A DNA stretch of 64,000 bases. It comes from Tubiluchus corallicola (Eukaryota > Animalia > Priapulida). The notes below the pieces were generated by a model. That model searched no databases and had not been told where the DNA came from. It saw nothing but the letters and a program-made list of their open reading frames with translations. A program made the position numbers and the translations under genes. Shown piece by piece: positions 36,350 through 48,745 of this stretch. The stretch is taken from contig JAQGDQ010000243.1 in assembly GCA_030141605.1 (NCBI GenBank), positions 186,001 through 250,000 of the forward strand, given 5' to 3'. Positions within the stretch are counted from its first letter, which is position 1. Every line of letters begins with the position of its first letter.

Positions 36350-36726
36350 TAGGGGTGAGCATTCTCTACCAGAAAGCGAATTCGAATCAAACCAAATTTG
36401 TGACTTTCGAATTCATTGTTTCGAATTTGAAGCGAATTCGAATTGAGATCGAAAGATTTTCGAACCACCAGCAAAAATTAGTCTTACAAAGATCATGCAT
36501 ATCACTAGATTTTGTTCTGGAATAAAACGACTAGTAATTTCTTTAAAATTGTGTGCAGAAATCACAGCTAAATTATGCTAATTGCATGATGTTTCAATCG
36601 TTTAGTGATAAAGAACATGTGTGATTGAAGTGCTGAATTATTCGAATCTATAGTTTTGGATTCGAATCGAGTTCGAACTAAAAAAACTCGTTCGAATCGA
36701 ATTCGAACGTTCGATGCTCACTCCTA
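36350..36726. mobile_element. hAT-type MITE rich in TTCGAA motifs
   Basis: TIR TAGG[G/A]GTGAGCAT; 8-bp TSD CTGTATGC / CTGTATAC. Confidence 0.82.
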
Positions 36727-37047
36727 CTGTATACAACTGCCATGTTTTACTTATTCAGTAAAGCTCAAAAATACTGGATAGGATTGTCACAAATAGCCTT
36801 ATTAATGACACATCTATTCTATGCCATTTGTTTTTTGTAGTTTAACTAGAACATATTTTATATAACTGTAACTCAGATCATTATCATTGGCTTTTTATAT
36901 TTCATCATTCATCATATACAGATGATGAACTTAGTTCAACTGATTTGTGTCCTTCAACCGAATATCGATATATTGTAAGCGATTTGCATACATACTATTA
37001 TTGTCCAATAGCTTCCAGACTTTACATACATCCTCACTGCTTGCACA

Positions 37048-37943
37048 CTAATCGTCGTGATCTGGATTATTTTTATAAAGGTAGATCACGAACGCGGCAA
37101 TGATGAACAAATTTGCGATGGCGATGAACAGCAACCCACCGACACTCCAACTCAGAGGTATCACATCTCCACTGGCTAGTATATCGGCCTTGCGGGTTTC
37201 CATATCGATTAGTAGCGCATTCATTTGGTGATTCGTTGCAATCACGCTGGTCATGTGAAACAGCATGTGCGAATGACCAAACACGTCAAACTTACCAGGA
37301 AAAAATCGCTCTGGAATATGAGAAGCGTAGAGAAAGACCGTGAGGGCGGCAAAGATAAACTGGATTGTGTAAGGCCAGTAAGACTCGGTGTGCAGTTCAC
37401 CTCGGCAAAATATGAGCCTATACAGAAGTGGCAAGCTATCCCAATTATACATTAGGGAAAATCCCGTGATCTTCATTCCTTTGGACACTTTGGAGTGCCG
37501 GTTTAGGAGGCGGGACTGACATGTAATATACATGCAAGTAAGGCACACAGCCACGGACACGTACAGGAACACTGACGAGTACCAGGTGTTAAGCAGTGCG
37601 TCCGGAAATGCGTAAGCTCGGTAGGCGATCGATACACCAAACCCGTAGAAGCCAAGTCCTGCGTAGTCAAAGAAGAAGCAAATGTGACGCGAGCGATGCG
37701 ACATTGTGCTAAACAGGTGGGCTATGCTACTGGACAGCGGATATGCGCACGACGTGATCATGAAAGAGAAAAATGGCCAAGAGTAACGGTCATTGACGAA
37801 ATCGTGTGTATCTAGCAGTGCCATGAGGTGCCATGTAAAGTACAGCGCTGGTAGGAAATGTGTCCAGAAATTGAGAGTTTCATTGTGCACATCAAAGATG
37901 CTGCGCACACATTCAACAGGTGTTGACTTGTGGTACCTATAAC
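37048..37943 (-). CDS. PAQR5: PAQR family (membrane progestin receptor-like, HlyIII superfamily) 7TM protein, main coding exon
   Basis: PAQR motifs HNETLNFWTH, SSIAHLF, RHICFFFDYAG, PERFFPGKFDVFGHSHMLFH and multiple hydrophobic segments; minus-strand acceptor ttttgcAG just before 37943. Closest recalled resemblance is the PAQR5/6 (mPR gamma/delta) group; orthology is not proven. Confidence 0.93.
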
Positions 37944-38075
37944 CTGCAAAAGAAAAACTCATTAAATCAATTACCTGATTCGATTAAAACTAGCACACAA
38001 TTAGACACCTCAGAAGCTAATCATAACACAATATCTTAATCTGCAGAAATAAATTTAAGTACTTTCAAAATTACA

Positions 38076-39180
38076 TCTCATAGTCAATCCACATTGGTTT
38101 AACTTTGCGATCCGTATTTTACTCAGAATCATAATCTCATAGTCAATCCACATTGGTTTAGCTTTGCAATCTGTATTTTACTCAGAATCATAGTCTCATA
38201 GTCAATCCACATTAGTTTAGCTTTGCAATCTGTATTTTACTCAGTCTCATAGTCAATCCACATTGGTTTAGCTTTGCAATCTGTATTTTACTCAGAATCA
38301 TAGTCTCATAGTCAATCCACATTGGTTTAGCTTTGCAATCTGTATTTTACTCAGTCTCATAGTCAATCCACATTGGTTTAGCTTTGCAATCTGTATTTTA
38401 CTCAAAATCACAGTCTCATAATCAATCTACATTGGTTTAACTTTGTGATCTGTATTTTACTCAGAATCATAGTCTCATAGTCAATCGACATTGGTTTAGC
38501 TTTGCAATCTGTATTTTACTCAGTCTCATAGTCAATCCACATTGGTTTAGCTTTGCAATCTGTATTTTACTCAGAATCATAATCTCATAGTCAATCCACA
38601 TTGGTTTAGCTTTGCAATCTGTATTTTACTCAGAATCATAGTCTCATAGTCAATCCACATTGGTTTAGCTTTGCGATCTGTATTTTACTCAAAATCATAG
38701 TCTCATAGTCAATCCACATTGGTTTAGCTTTGCAATCTGTATTTTACTCAGAATCATAGTCTCATAGTCAATCCACATTGGTTTAGCTTTGCAATCTGTA
38801 TTTTACTCAGAATCATAGTCTCATAGTCAATCCACATTGGTTTAGGTTTGCGATCTGTATTTTACTCAGAATCATAATCTCATAGTCAATCCACATTGGT
38901 TTAGCTTTGCAATCTGTATTTTACTCAGAATCATAGTCTCATAGTCAATCCACATTGGTTTAGCTTTGCAATCTGTATTTTACTCAGAATCATAGTCAAT
39001 CCACATTGGTTTAGCTTTGCGATCCGTATTTTACTCAGAATCATAATCTCATAGTCAATCCACATTGGTTTAGCTTTGCAATCTGTATTTTACTCAGAAT
39101 CATAATCTCATAGTCAATCCACATTGGTTTAACTTTGCGATCTGTATTTTACTCAAAATCCTAGTCTAATAGTCAATCTA
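38076..39180. repeat. ~59-bp minisatellite in the PAQR intron, ~19 copies with short variants
   Basis: Unit tctcatagtcaatccacattggtttagctttgcaatctgtattttactcagaatcatag. Confidence 0.95.
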
Positions 39181-39731
39181 CATATACACAAAAATGGTAA
39201 ACATAATCAACAGTATTATCGAAAGTCTAAGTAAATCCATCAGCCAATATATCATGGCACCTGTGTCAAGACGTTGTTATAACCTCACAACTGTTTAAGC
39301 CCATTGCTTTCTTTCTCCTCTTACTACTAAGTGTGAAAAACTACTACATTCACAGAGAAGCCAAGTAACCCTGTTACATACAAACATATAGCAGTAGCAA
39401 GTACATACATAGATTGGAAACTTTCAAGTGTTTAAACAGATGTCAGTACTGACTTAATGGTAATGAAAAACTAAAGTTTAAAAGTACAAATCAAAATTAA
39501 TAATAAACTGTCAATTAAATGCTCGCATCTCAGACAGAATGCAACTTTGATTTTCATCTGGCCTCTTGTCATCTCCAATCATTATTCAAAGGTAAAAATT
39601 AAAAGAAAGTGTTAGCTTGAATTTCACAGCTCAGAAATGCCTGAAGTAAAAGCTAGAGGGGCGGTTACGTTATGGCGTTCTTATTACATCATGTTACATT
39701 GACTTAAGCCCATTTAAGTTCTGATTTGTGA

Positions 39732-39885
39732 CATCATCATCATCATCATACGCCCATCACGTCTATTGTAGCCATTGGGCAGGCAGAATTCTAAAATAAA
39801 AGAAATCTGCCTTCAGACAGGTAAACGCAGCAGTAATCCAGCAAAAAAACTAGACACTGCTACGCCAGTGGCTTGTCAGCACCAT
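39732..39885 (-). mobile_element. Retroposon 3' end with (ATG)n tail, RTE-like; further copies at 49990-50135 and 50695-50755
   Basis: Near-identical ~140-bp segments ending in catcatcatcat on the + strand. Confidence 0.7.
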
Positions 39886-41369
39886 GTACATGTCACATAA
39901 ATATGCAACATCGGGAGTTTTCACCGGCGCAGCAGCAATAAACAAACAACTCACAGTCAAACCAGTTTATTTACACAAGTGGCTTCTTCTAGAGTAAAAA
40001 GCACCAAAATTCTGAGCCACAAACAAACACAAGAAGTATCAGCTTCCACAGTGGTCTTACAAGTGTGCAAGGCATAGTAACTCCCAAATACCAAGACTAT
40101 TGCTGGTTGAATAACCAGAATACTTGGCAGGATAGCATGCTGTTTTATGGAACAAAAGTAAGTAAGTAAGTAAGTTTATTAGTTTATCACCATTTTTAAA
40201 ATAGCAAAATACATAACTAAGAGATTTATAAATCTGTACAACATACAATAATATTAATATAATAATAATACATATAATAATAATACAACATACAACAAAA
40301 TCTCTTAATGAAAGCAATAAAACTGTAGAATGTAACAATGCCTTGAGTGCTGACCACACGTACATGTATGCTGGTCCCATTTAAAAAACTGGTGCAAAGA
40401 TTTTAGCGATGTATTGCTTTTCTCAATGTAACATACCAACGGTCATTTCACTAGTTAGTTTGGTGCAGTTATCTACATTCACAGCTAAATACTTGGTTTA
40501 GAACGTCTATTTTGTTAATTATTTCTTTACTGCCCAGGTCTTATTGCAATAGATACACATACAATGCAGTTAAGCTGTTGCATTTGAATAAGATGTTAGG
40601 TACGTAAATAAACATTTCTTAAATACACTGTTAGACTAAATAACACTTCGGTAGGGGACGAATGTCTGTCAAGACCTTATTTCAGAGATTAGTCGCCAGC
40701 TGTCACTGCAAGACTGCTAATAGAAGGCAAAACACGGAAATTTGAGCAATACGGCTGTTTTTTATATGTATTTTTGTTGATAGCTAAACCAATATCCAGT
40801 GATACTATTACGCGCTACAGAGGCTGAATCCAAATTACATAGTTTTACAAATACGTATAAAACTTACTTCACTGTTAATGTCTCAATAATCTGAAAAGTT
40901 TTCTTTTGTAAGATAGCTCATTTTTCATTTGCAGAACCACTACTAAAATCGCAGAGGAACAAATTTTAAAATGTATTAATTGAGAGAGTTTGGGGTACTA
41001 ATTCAAACTCAGTTGTCAATGTATAAAAATAACAAAAGTTTGAATACAGAAGAGTATGGAGTTGTTAATTTTGACAATGGTTCATAAATGCATAGAATGC
41101 AGTCAGGAGGAGTGCAGACTGCAAAGCAATAATGGAGTGCAGGAAAGAGGAAGCAAATCAAACAAATGCAGCATTCAATTCATCAGCAGTGGGACTGTTG
41201 ACCAATGAAATGACTCAAGATCAATATTCCTTTATTCCATATTACTAATTGTAGAGAAATAATTCACAGTCCAGACTCCAGTGACAGGCTAGCTGACATA
41301 TAAAATAGTAATTTGTTTAGAAATTGCCTATAAAATGCAAGTAACATTGGAGTTGCTAGTTTAAACACA

Positions 41370-41941
41370 AAGGCAAGGCTGTGCTTTGTATCTTACCTTG
41401 TTATAAACCTCAAAGATACACTATGTTACAATGCATCTTCTTACTTGTCAAAGGCTAGGCTGTGCTCTGTATCTTACCTTGTTATAAACCTCAAAGATAC
41501 ACTATGTTACAACGCATCTTCTTACTTGTCAAAGGATAGGCTGTGCTCTGTATCTTATCTTGTTATAAACTTCAAAGAGACACTATGTTACAATGCATCT
41601 TCTTACTTGTCAAAGGCTAGGCTGCACTCTGTATCTTACCTTGTTATAAACCTCAAAGAGACACTATGTTACAATGCATCTTCCTACTTGTCAAAGGCTA
41701 GGCTGTGCTCTGTATCTTACCTTGTTATAAACCTCAAAGATACACTATGTTACAATGCATCTTCTTACTTGTCAAAGGCTAGGCTATGCTCTGTATCTTA
41801 TCTTGTTATAAACTTCAAAGAGACACTAGGGCCTATGTTACAATGCATTTTCTTACTTGTCAAAAGCTAGGCTGTGCTCTGTATCTTATCTTGTTGTAAA
41901 CCTCAAAGAGACACTATGTTACAATGCATCTTCTTACTTGT
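41370..41941. repeat. 81-bp tandem repeat, ~7 copies
   Basis: Gives the 27-aa periodic ORF at 41445-41870. Confidence 0.93.
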
Positions 41942-42977
41942 AAATAGATGTAACCATGTTAGTCATAAACATTATTACCAACAATGTTTACACTGCCATC
42001 TAATACAATTATTACTAATCTTATCAAAAGGAAAACCTTGTCTTGGATTCAAGTACCCAAGACATTTGTGACTGCTTGGCATTTACAAACATAATTATTA
42101 GTTAGTAAAATCTTTCATTAAAATCTTTCATCGTTCCTTTCATTTTTTACACATTTGCAGTGCTCTGTGCTTGTCTTAAAGGATTTGCATGATGCAACAT
42201 ATTTTATGCTAAGCACAATGCCTACCAGATTGACAAGAATGGAACGCCTAATTAACAAGGATAATCACACCAATGCTCCCAAGATGAGAACTGGGACAGC
42301 GCATATTAACCATAGGAGAAAGCCACGTAAAATCACCCATTGGGCACCTATCCATTCACTAGCTTGCTTAAAGGAGGATTGCAGAGACATTAGTTCAAAA
42401 GTATGCTCGAAAATACTGAAAACTAGAATAGTTTTTTCAAATCAAAGCTTAGATTAAGTAGTAATTGTCTCGGATAGTTAAATTTTGTTTAGCTTTCAAA
42501 GCTACGTGTGGCTCAGAATCCACTAAGACTGGCAATGATGCCTATTTGTCACATTCGCGTCACTGACAAGTAGCTGTGATATCGCAATAAGCATGATTAT
42601 AAACTGCACTGTTCGCCTGTGACACAGAGCCCACTTTTGTGACACCACATCAGCATCTTATAGCAATCTTTGCATATGCAAACGTTCTTAACGAGCACCG
42701 AAGATGCCTACCAGTTCACAAATTGCGGTTAGTTTGTGACGTAACCAATAGCTGTGTTCGGGCGCCGTTACTTAACTTTCCAAGTTAATTATTCAAATAT
42801 AAGAAACAATTGCTAACTTTTATAGGCAAGGAAATGTATATTTTGGACAGTAAATCAAAATGAGATTGAGTCTAATCAATCGTCCGGTTTTCTTTTAACC
42901 TCCTACCTGAGCTCAAACCGTGAATACTACTAATGCACAATAATTCTATGTCACAGGCATAGCTACATATACATTAC

Positions 42978-43071
42978 CAGAGAGGATGTATCGCTCCTGA
43001 AAGTGAGGCGGCACCTGTTTTGATGACAGCAACGGATTACTTCCACTAATATTGCCATTCAAATTCAACAT
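42978..43071 (-). CDS. PAQR5: PAQR first coding exon (MLNLNGNISGSNPLLSSKQVPPHFQERYILSG)
   Basis: Typical PAQR N-terminal 'QVP..F.E.YILSGYR' spans the junction; G|GTAATG donor in phase 1 matches 37943; an in-frame TAG lies upstream of the ATG; an acceptor at ~43182 implies a further upstream non-coding exon. Confidence 0.9.
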
Positions 43072-43454
43072 GTTGAAGGTCAGCTTATCGCTTCTAGCTG
43101 CACCATCAAAACGTGTCGTCTACCACGTTCCTCCACCTTGTTATTCTACCGCTTACATCCACAACTGGTTAGGGAAAGCTCCTATAAAAGCAATAAGAAA
43201 CAAATTCAACCAACAAACTAATTTTACTGATTAAATTCCGGATTTTCAAGCTAATTACAGAAGCCAAACACCGTTCACTCACTCGATTAAAATCGGTTCC
43301 AGTTCAGCTCCAGTGATTTCATTGGCTATTTACATTTAATTATAGCTGCCCCAACGAAGTCCAAAGGTAACTATAAAATTAAAGATTCAGTCTGTCCAGC
43401 TTTTGTCTGCCTACCTGTCTGTCTGTGTGCCGCCACTTTTTCTTTGCTCGGGAA

Positions 43455-43736
43455 TAATCTAGTAAGCTGATGCATCTGGAGTAATCTAGTAAAGCCAATT
43501 ACCTCTGGAGCCACCTAGTAAAAGTTGATGCATCTGTAGTAATCTAGTAAAAGTTGATGCCTCTGGAGTAATCCAGTAAAAGTAGATGCCTCTGGAGTAA
43601 TCCAGTAAAAGTAGATGCCTCTGTAGTAATCTAGTAAAAGTTGATGCATCTGGAGTAATCTAGTAAAAGTTGATGCCTCTGAAGTAATCCAGTAAAAGTA
43701 GATGCCTCTGGAGTAATCTAGTAAAAGTTTATGCCT
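43455..43736. repeat. 29-bp minisatellite (tagtaaaagttgatgcctctggagtaatc)
   Basis: About 10 tandem copies. Confidence 0.92.
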
Positions 43737-44699
43737 GACAGTGGTAGGGCACGGCTCAAGCTTGGAGCTTGTAAATTTTTGCGCCAATTGGTGCAGATTC
43801 GGATTTTTTTTTAAAAAGATTCATGTGTGCGAATCTGCCTACACAGCGAAATGAATTACGATTGATTAGCAAGGTATCAAATGTGATTATTTAGACCCGC
43901 GCGATGTGAGCTGTGATTTTTCACGGATGTTTAGTATTTCATGTATAAAAGTTACAATCCGTGTCCATGCAGAAAACACGTTAAAACAACTTAAATATCC
44001 TTCATACTCCATATGATGGTGGCTGTATGTATTTTTCACACAAATTTAGTATCATTTCAATTTACTGAATGTGAACATAGAACTTCAATATGCGAAAAAT
44101 ATAATTTGTTTTTAAATAAACTGGAAAATGAAGATAAAAATCTGAGGAAGATTCCAAGACTAAAATTGAAAATTAGTAATGTACATGTACTGTATCCTAC
44201 TTGTTTACTGTGCGGTTTTTTCATTAAAAATTAACCTTCCATTTCTGTGTGTAGCAAAAGCGAATTCTAACCACAACTAACCGTATCCTCTGGATGACGG
44301 CAGCTGCTTTTTCAGAAATTTAAGTGTCAATGCAGAAAGTATATGTTTTTGGAACATCTCATCTCTCCGGGGTAACTATGCCCCTCAACTGAGAACACTC
44401 TAGTTATAGTGCAAAACGCCCCAAACACCGAAAGTTCCACGTAAAAATAAATTTCACATCCAATTTCAGTAATTACTTAAATAACACGGCCAAGCCAACA
44501 ATAATTTGACGAAATTCAACTGTAAAGAAAAATTCTTGAAAGAAAAACCTGTAAGACTTGCTTTAAAATTCTTGTTCACAAATCACAATCATTGCACGGT
44601 CGTTAGCCTGTTTAGTAATCAAGAATTAGATATCCATGGTTTAATCTCACAGCCGTGTTAAATACGTGTTAGTCGCTGTCAGAACAAATTTTTTTTTTA

Positions 44700-45990
44700 T
44701 AAACTTTGTTAGAGAAGGCACATTTGTTTGTTCTTATACGCATTTTGATCTGTGATAAGTGCGTATGGAAGATGAACCTGATTCTCATTTCTATTATTTA
44801 CATGATAATTTATTTTTTACTGTCTAAGAATTATGCTTGTGTTATGAAGTATATTTCAGTTGCCATTGTTCTTATGTTTCCGTTGTCAGACTTTTATTTT
44901 CAGTTCTTGTTTATTTTTTTATTATACACTTATTATTACTGTGTATAAATTGTATTAACACGTTATAAGGACATCAATTTAATGTCATTCGTAACAATTA
45001 AATCCTTATTATAAGCAGTACTAACACTAATACACTGTAGCATGGCGGTTATAAAAATGTTCATGACTAACCAAAGGGCAGCTGACTAGATGACCAATTG
45101 GTTTTTCGCTGCCCTTTCTTCACATTTTTGTTTCCAAATTAATTGTATTGTAACTGTACCTGTGTTGCAAGATAAATAAAAAAGATCATTATTAGATTAT
45201 TATTATTAAAGTGTTGACATTAAAGTATCTCTCTACAGCTGAATGTATAATATTCATTTTAAAACATCTGTCTTTTTACTGATCAATGAAGTGTAATATA
45301 ATGGCACTATTGTCGTCCGTGGTTTGCATGATTGTTTGGAAATCTTGTTTGGGAAATAATCCTGCAGTCTTTGAGGAAAAATTACCATGGAAGTCTCGAA
45401 TGATTACTGATCACTATGATTACTGATTGCTTTTGTTCATTTATTACATTTAAGACTTACTGCACAAATTTTCTTCCTTTTGTTTTTTTTGTTTTTTTTT
45501 CTGTTGTTGTGCATTCATTATTTAACTACATTTTCATTCATTTGCAGCATTTTAGTTCACTCACTGCATTTATGATTTAACCAGATTGCTTGCTTTTTTG
45601 TTGCTGCATTCATGACTTGTTCAGATGTTGTTTTAATTTTTAATTGCATTATTTGCTTGCTTTTTTTGTTGTTGCATTCATGACTTGTTCAGTTGTTGTT
45701 TTAATTTTTAATTGCATTATTTGCTTGCTTTTTTTCCATTGGTATAATTATAATATAACTGCTTTGCATTTTGTTTATTTGCTACACTTAAGACCTAACC
45801 ACGTATTTATTCACTTAACCATGTAGTTTGCCGTGCTTTATAATATTTCTAAGTTATATAGGGGTGGCTCACTCGATGACCTCCTGGTCTTTCGCCACCC
45901 CATCTCTACATACTTTACACAATTTGTTGTATATGCGCTATAAATATTATATTAGAGATGAATAAACCTTTGAATTGAATTGAAGTGAAT
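44700..45990 (+). mobile_element. Two consecutive decayed LINE 3' UTRs, each with the conserved stem-loop and a microsatellite tail
   Basis: Stem-loops at 45073-45117 and 45861-45901, each followed by AATAAA and (ATT)n or (TTGAA)n. Confidence 0.55.
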
Positions 45991-46477
45991 CGAAGTAAAA
46001 GTCGTAATGATATGGCTTTATTGGCAGCAGACACATCTGTGCTAGCAACATACACTTCTGTAGCAATGAAAGCACTTTGAAAATTTTTAATATAATCACT
46101 CACACTCGTGACGCTGATAGCACTAAGATGAGTGTAGCCATTGACAGGTGTCACACAGACACAGCGGGCGAATAAAGCTTGCATAGGTGGAATCGACTAC
46201 AGAAGAAAGACCGGTTAAATCCAGGTGTTAAAGATATGTAAACTAGTTATACAATTTTAATAGATAGCAACGCCAAAGTCCTGAACACTGCTAGTGTGAT
46301 ATACTGTGCGTAAAGTGGTTTCTATTGATAGACGTCTAGAGGAAGCATGATAGCCTTCCATTAATTTGACATTTAAAATAGTACTTTTTGTTTCATTTCC
46401 TAAGTTGTGAGTGAGACCTGGGACGTACTTACAGTTGTTGATATATGTGATAATCAAAGTTATCAATTGGAAAACAC

Positions 46478-46882
46478 CAGGGCCTGTTTCAGGGGGGGGG
46501 GAGCGGGGATACTTCGCCGGGGCCTCACCCTCCAGGGGGGCGTGGCGCCAAGGTAACATTTTTTGCTTTATGCAAACATACTGCCTCCTCTCCCCCCCCC
46601 CCCCTCTCTCTCTCTCTCTTGCCGCACGACGCCAGTATTGACAAGTATTAAGGACTGGTCTTGAGAATAAAGCAGTTTTTCTTTCAATTGTTCTTTCCTT
46701 TAACAACTGTATAACTCCATATTTTCTCTTCGATAATGCTTCTCTGGCGTTCTAGCAGTTCAAAAATTTTCTGGGCACCAACCATGGAGGCGCTCGTCCC
46801 CCGGCGCTTATACCCCCCCCCCCCCCGCGGGGGCTGACACGCTCCACTTCCCCGGTCCTCGCTTAGGCTGAAATAGGCCCTG
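46478..46882 (+). mobile_element. hAT-type MITE (CAGGGCCT[G/A]TTTCAG TIR), copy A
   Basis: Both TIRs are present, but the left flank GAAAACAC does not match the right flank GTTAAATC. Confidence 0.82.
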
Positions 46883-47669
46883 GTTAAATCAGCCTAGATA
46901 AGCAAAAATTGTTCGTTTTTCGAACCTAAATGATAGCAATTTATCATGTCTTTAAAAACCACAATAGCAGTCTTGTGATACTAATGCAGTATATGTATTG
47001 ATGAATACTTGCGCACATCATTCCACATTCCGACAATGCTAATATTGTCCGCGTTAGGGGTGACAGTTCAAGATGCCAGCAAAGCGGAAGTACTAAAAAC
47101 AATCCAGGATGTTTATTCTACTATTTTTTGCTGATTACATATGGTCTCGGATGCTGTAGTTGATTTCCTGCCCAGTTCTTTAATGCAAACAACAAATGAT
47201 TAAGTCTACAAATATGAGGCCAAACACACGCACAGACACAGACTGATAGTTTCAGATTTGTATTTTGAATTTATTTTCAAAAGTGTTGTCCCAGTATACT
47301 CTTGTTATATGACAGATCCACATACTTCTGTTTAAAGAAGGAAGTTCTAGAATTCTGCAAGTTATACAATATACACTATAAGGGTTTTTAAAACTACAAA
47401 TACAGTGGGACTAATGGCGAGAGCAAGTCGAGAAACTGAATCAAACCACATCAGTATCACTGGCAGTCCGACAGCATAACAACAAACAAGCTGTTCTTGT
47501 TTTGGCCTAGCTCAGTAAAACATAAACTCCCGGAAATAACACTCATGATGAAATCTCTTACTTGAAATAACAGATCAAGAAGATGTAGTCGTAGATGATT
47601 CTAATTCTTTTAGAGCAGGCACTCAGACACCCTTCCTAAAACCTTACACAGACCTCACAAGTTTCTAGT

Positions 47670-48055
47670 TCTCCTAACAACACGTAACAGGCAGAGCCTT
47701 TCTAGCGTTATTTAGGCCCATTTTACACCTAGGACGCGAGGCAAAATTCCTCGAGGAAAACATTGCTTCCTAATTCTGTTTGCTTTCTAATTCTCTTGAC
47801 AACACGTAACAGGCAGAGCTTTTCTAGCGTTATTTAGGCCCATTTTACACCTAGGACGCGAGGCAAAATTCCTCGAGGAAAATATAGCAAATTGCTTTCC
47901 AATTTCTATGGCGTTATTCATAGCATGAAACAGTTTTTCCTCGAGGAATTCGTCGTGGGTAACTCTGCCGACAACCTTCTCCTCAAGAGGAAATTTGCCA
48001 TTTGGTAGGAATACTACACGCCCCATTTTTTGAGAGGATTCCTCGAGGAATTCAC
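47670..48055. repeat. ~90-bp direct duplication carrying a PIF/Harbinger-like terminus (GGCCCATTTTACAC) and repeated TTCCTCGAGGAA palindromes
   Basis: Copies at ~47670-47761 and ~47790-47881; the palindrome occurs four times. Confidence 0.6.
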
Positions 48056-48109
48056 ATTAAAAGTTAATTGCTCAATTACTTCTCTCTTGTTTAACGAGCA
48101 ACAATTAAC

Positions 48110-48745
48110 GTAACAGAGCATAAAAGTCTAAGCTCTTAATCGCTCTTTATCATACAAATGATTTTAGTTTTATTAATGCAAAAGCGATGGCCATATTCGT
48201 GTACAAATTCTCTCATAAATTATTGCCTCCCTTATTTACTGATTATTTTTGTTTGAATGCTGAGAAACATAATTACGGCACACGTTATAGACTTAACTAT
48301 CACTACATACAGTGCAACACAAATGTTAGAAAATTTTCTATTAAATACAATGGCTCTTACATATGGAATTCAATTGCTCCAGCTATTAAAAATGCCAACT
48401 TGCTGTCCATATTTAAAAAAAATTATAAATTAAACTTACTTGAAACATATAACTGATCACTCAATCATGATTTGTTTTTCATTTTCAAAAACTTCCCCTC
48501 TAGCATAATATTTTTATTACTTCCCACCTGTATTTATATTTGTGTATATTGTAATACTGTATCTGTATATATTGTAATTTTTTTCGTAACTAATTCTAGT
48601 GGCCTACCATAAGCTAGCTTCTTAAGTCTCTAGCGCAGAATTCATGAATTGTATCATATTTTTGTATTAACAAAAACTGATTATCGATGCACATGTAATG
48701 TATATGTATATGTTCATTGCGAAATAAATCTATTAAATCTTAATC
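48110..48745 (+). mobile_element. CR1-like LINE 3' end
   Basis: HNYGTR...NTNVRKFSIKYNGSYIWNSIAPAIKNANLLSIFKKNYK followed by an AATAAA tail. Confidence 0.78.

Noticed and set aside
30290-37047. Very long PAQR 3' UTR converging on the gene 1 3' end
   Set aside because: Several candidate minus-strand AATAAA sites exist, and the transcript end cannot be fixed from sequence alone.
37225-37455. Antisense ORF overlapping PAQR
   Set aside because: Short shadow ORF on the opposite strand of a real coding exon.
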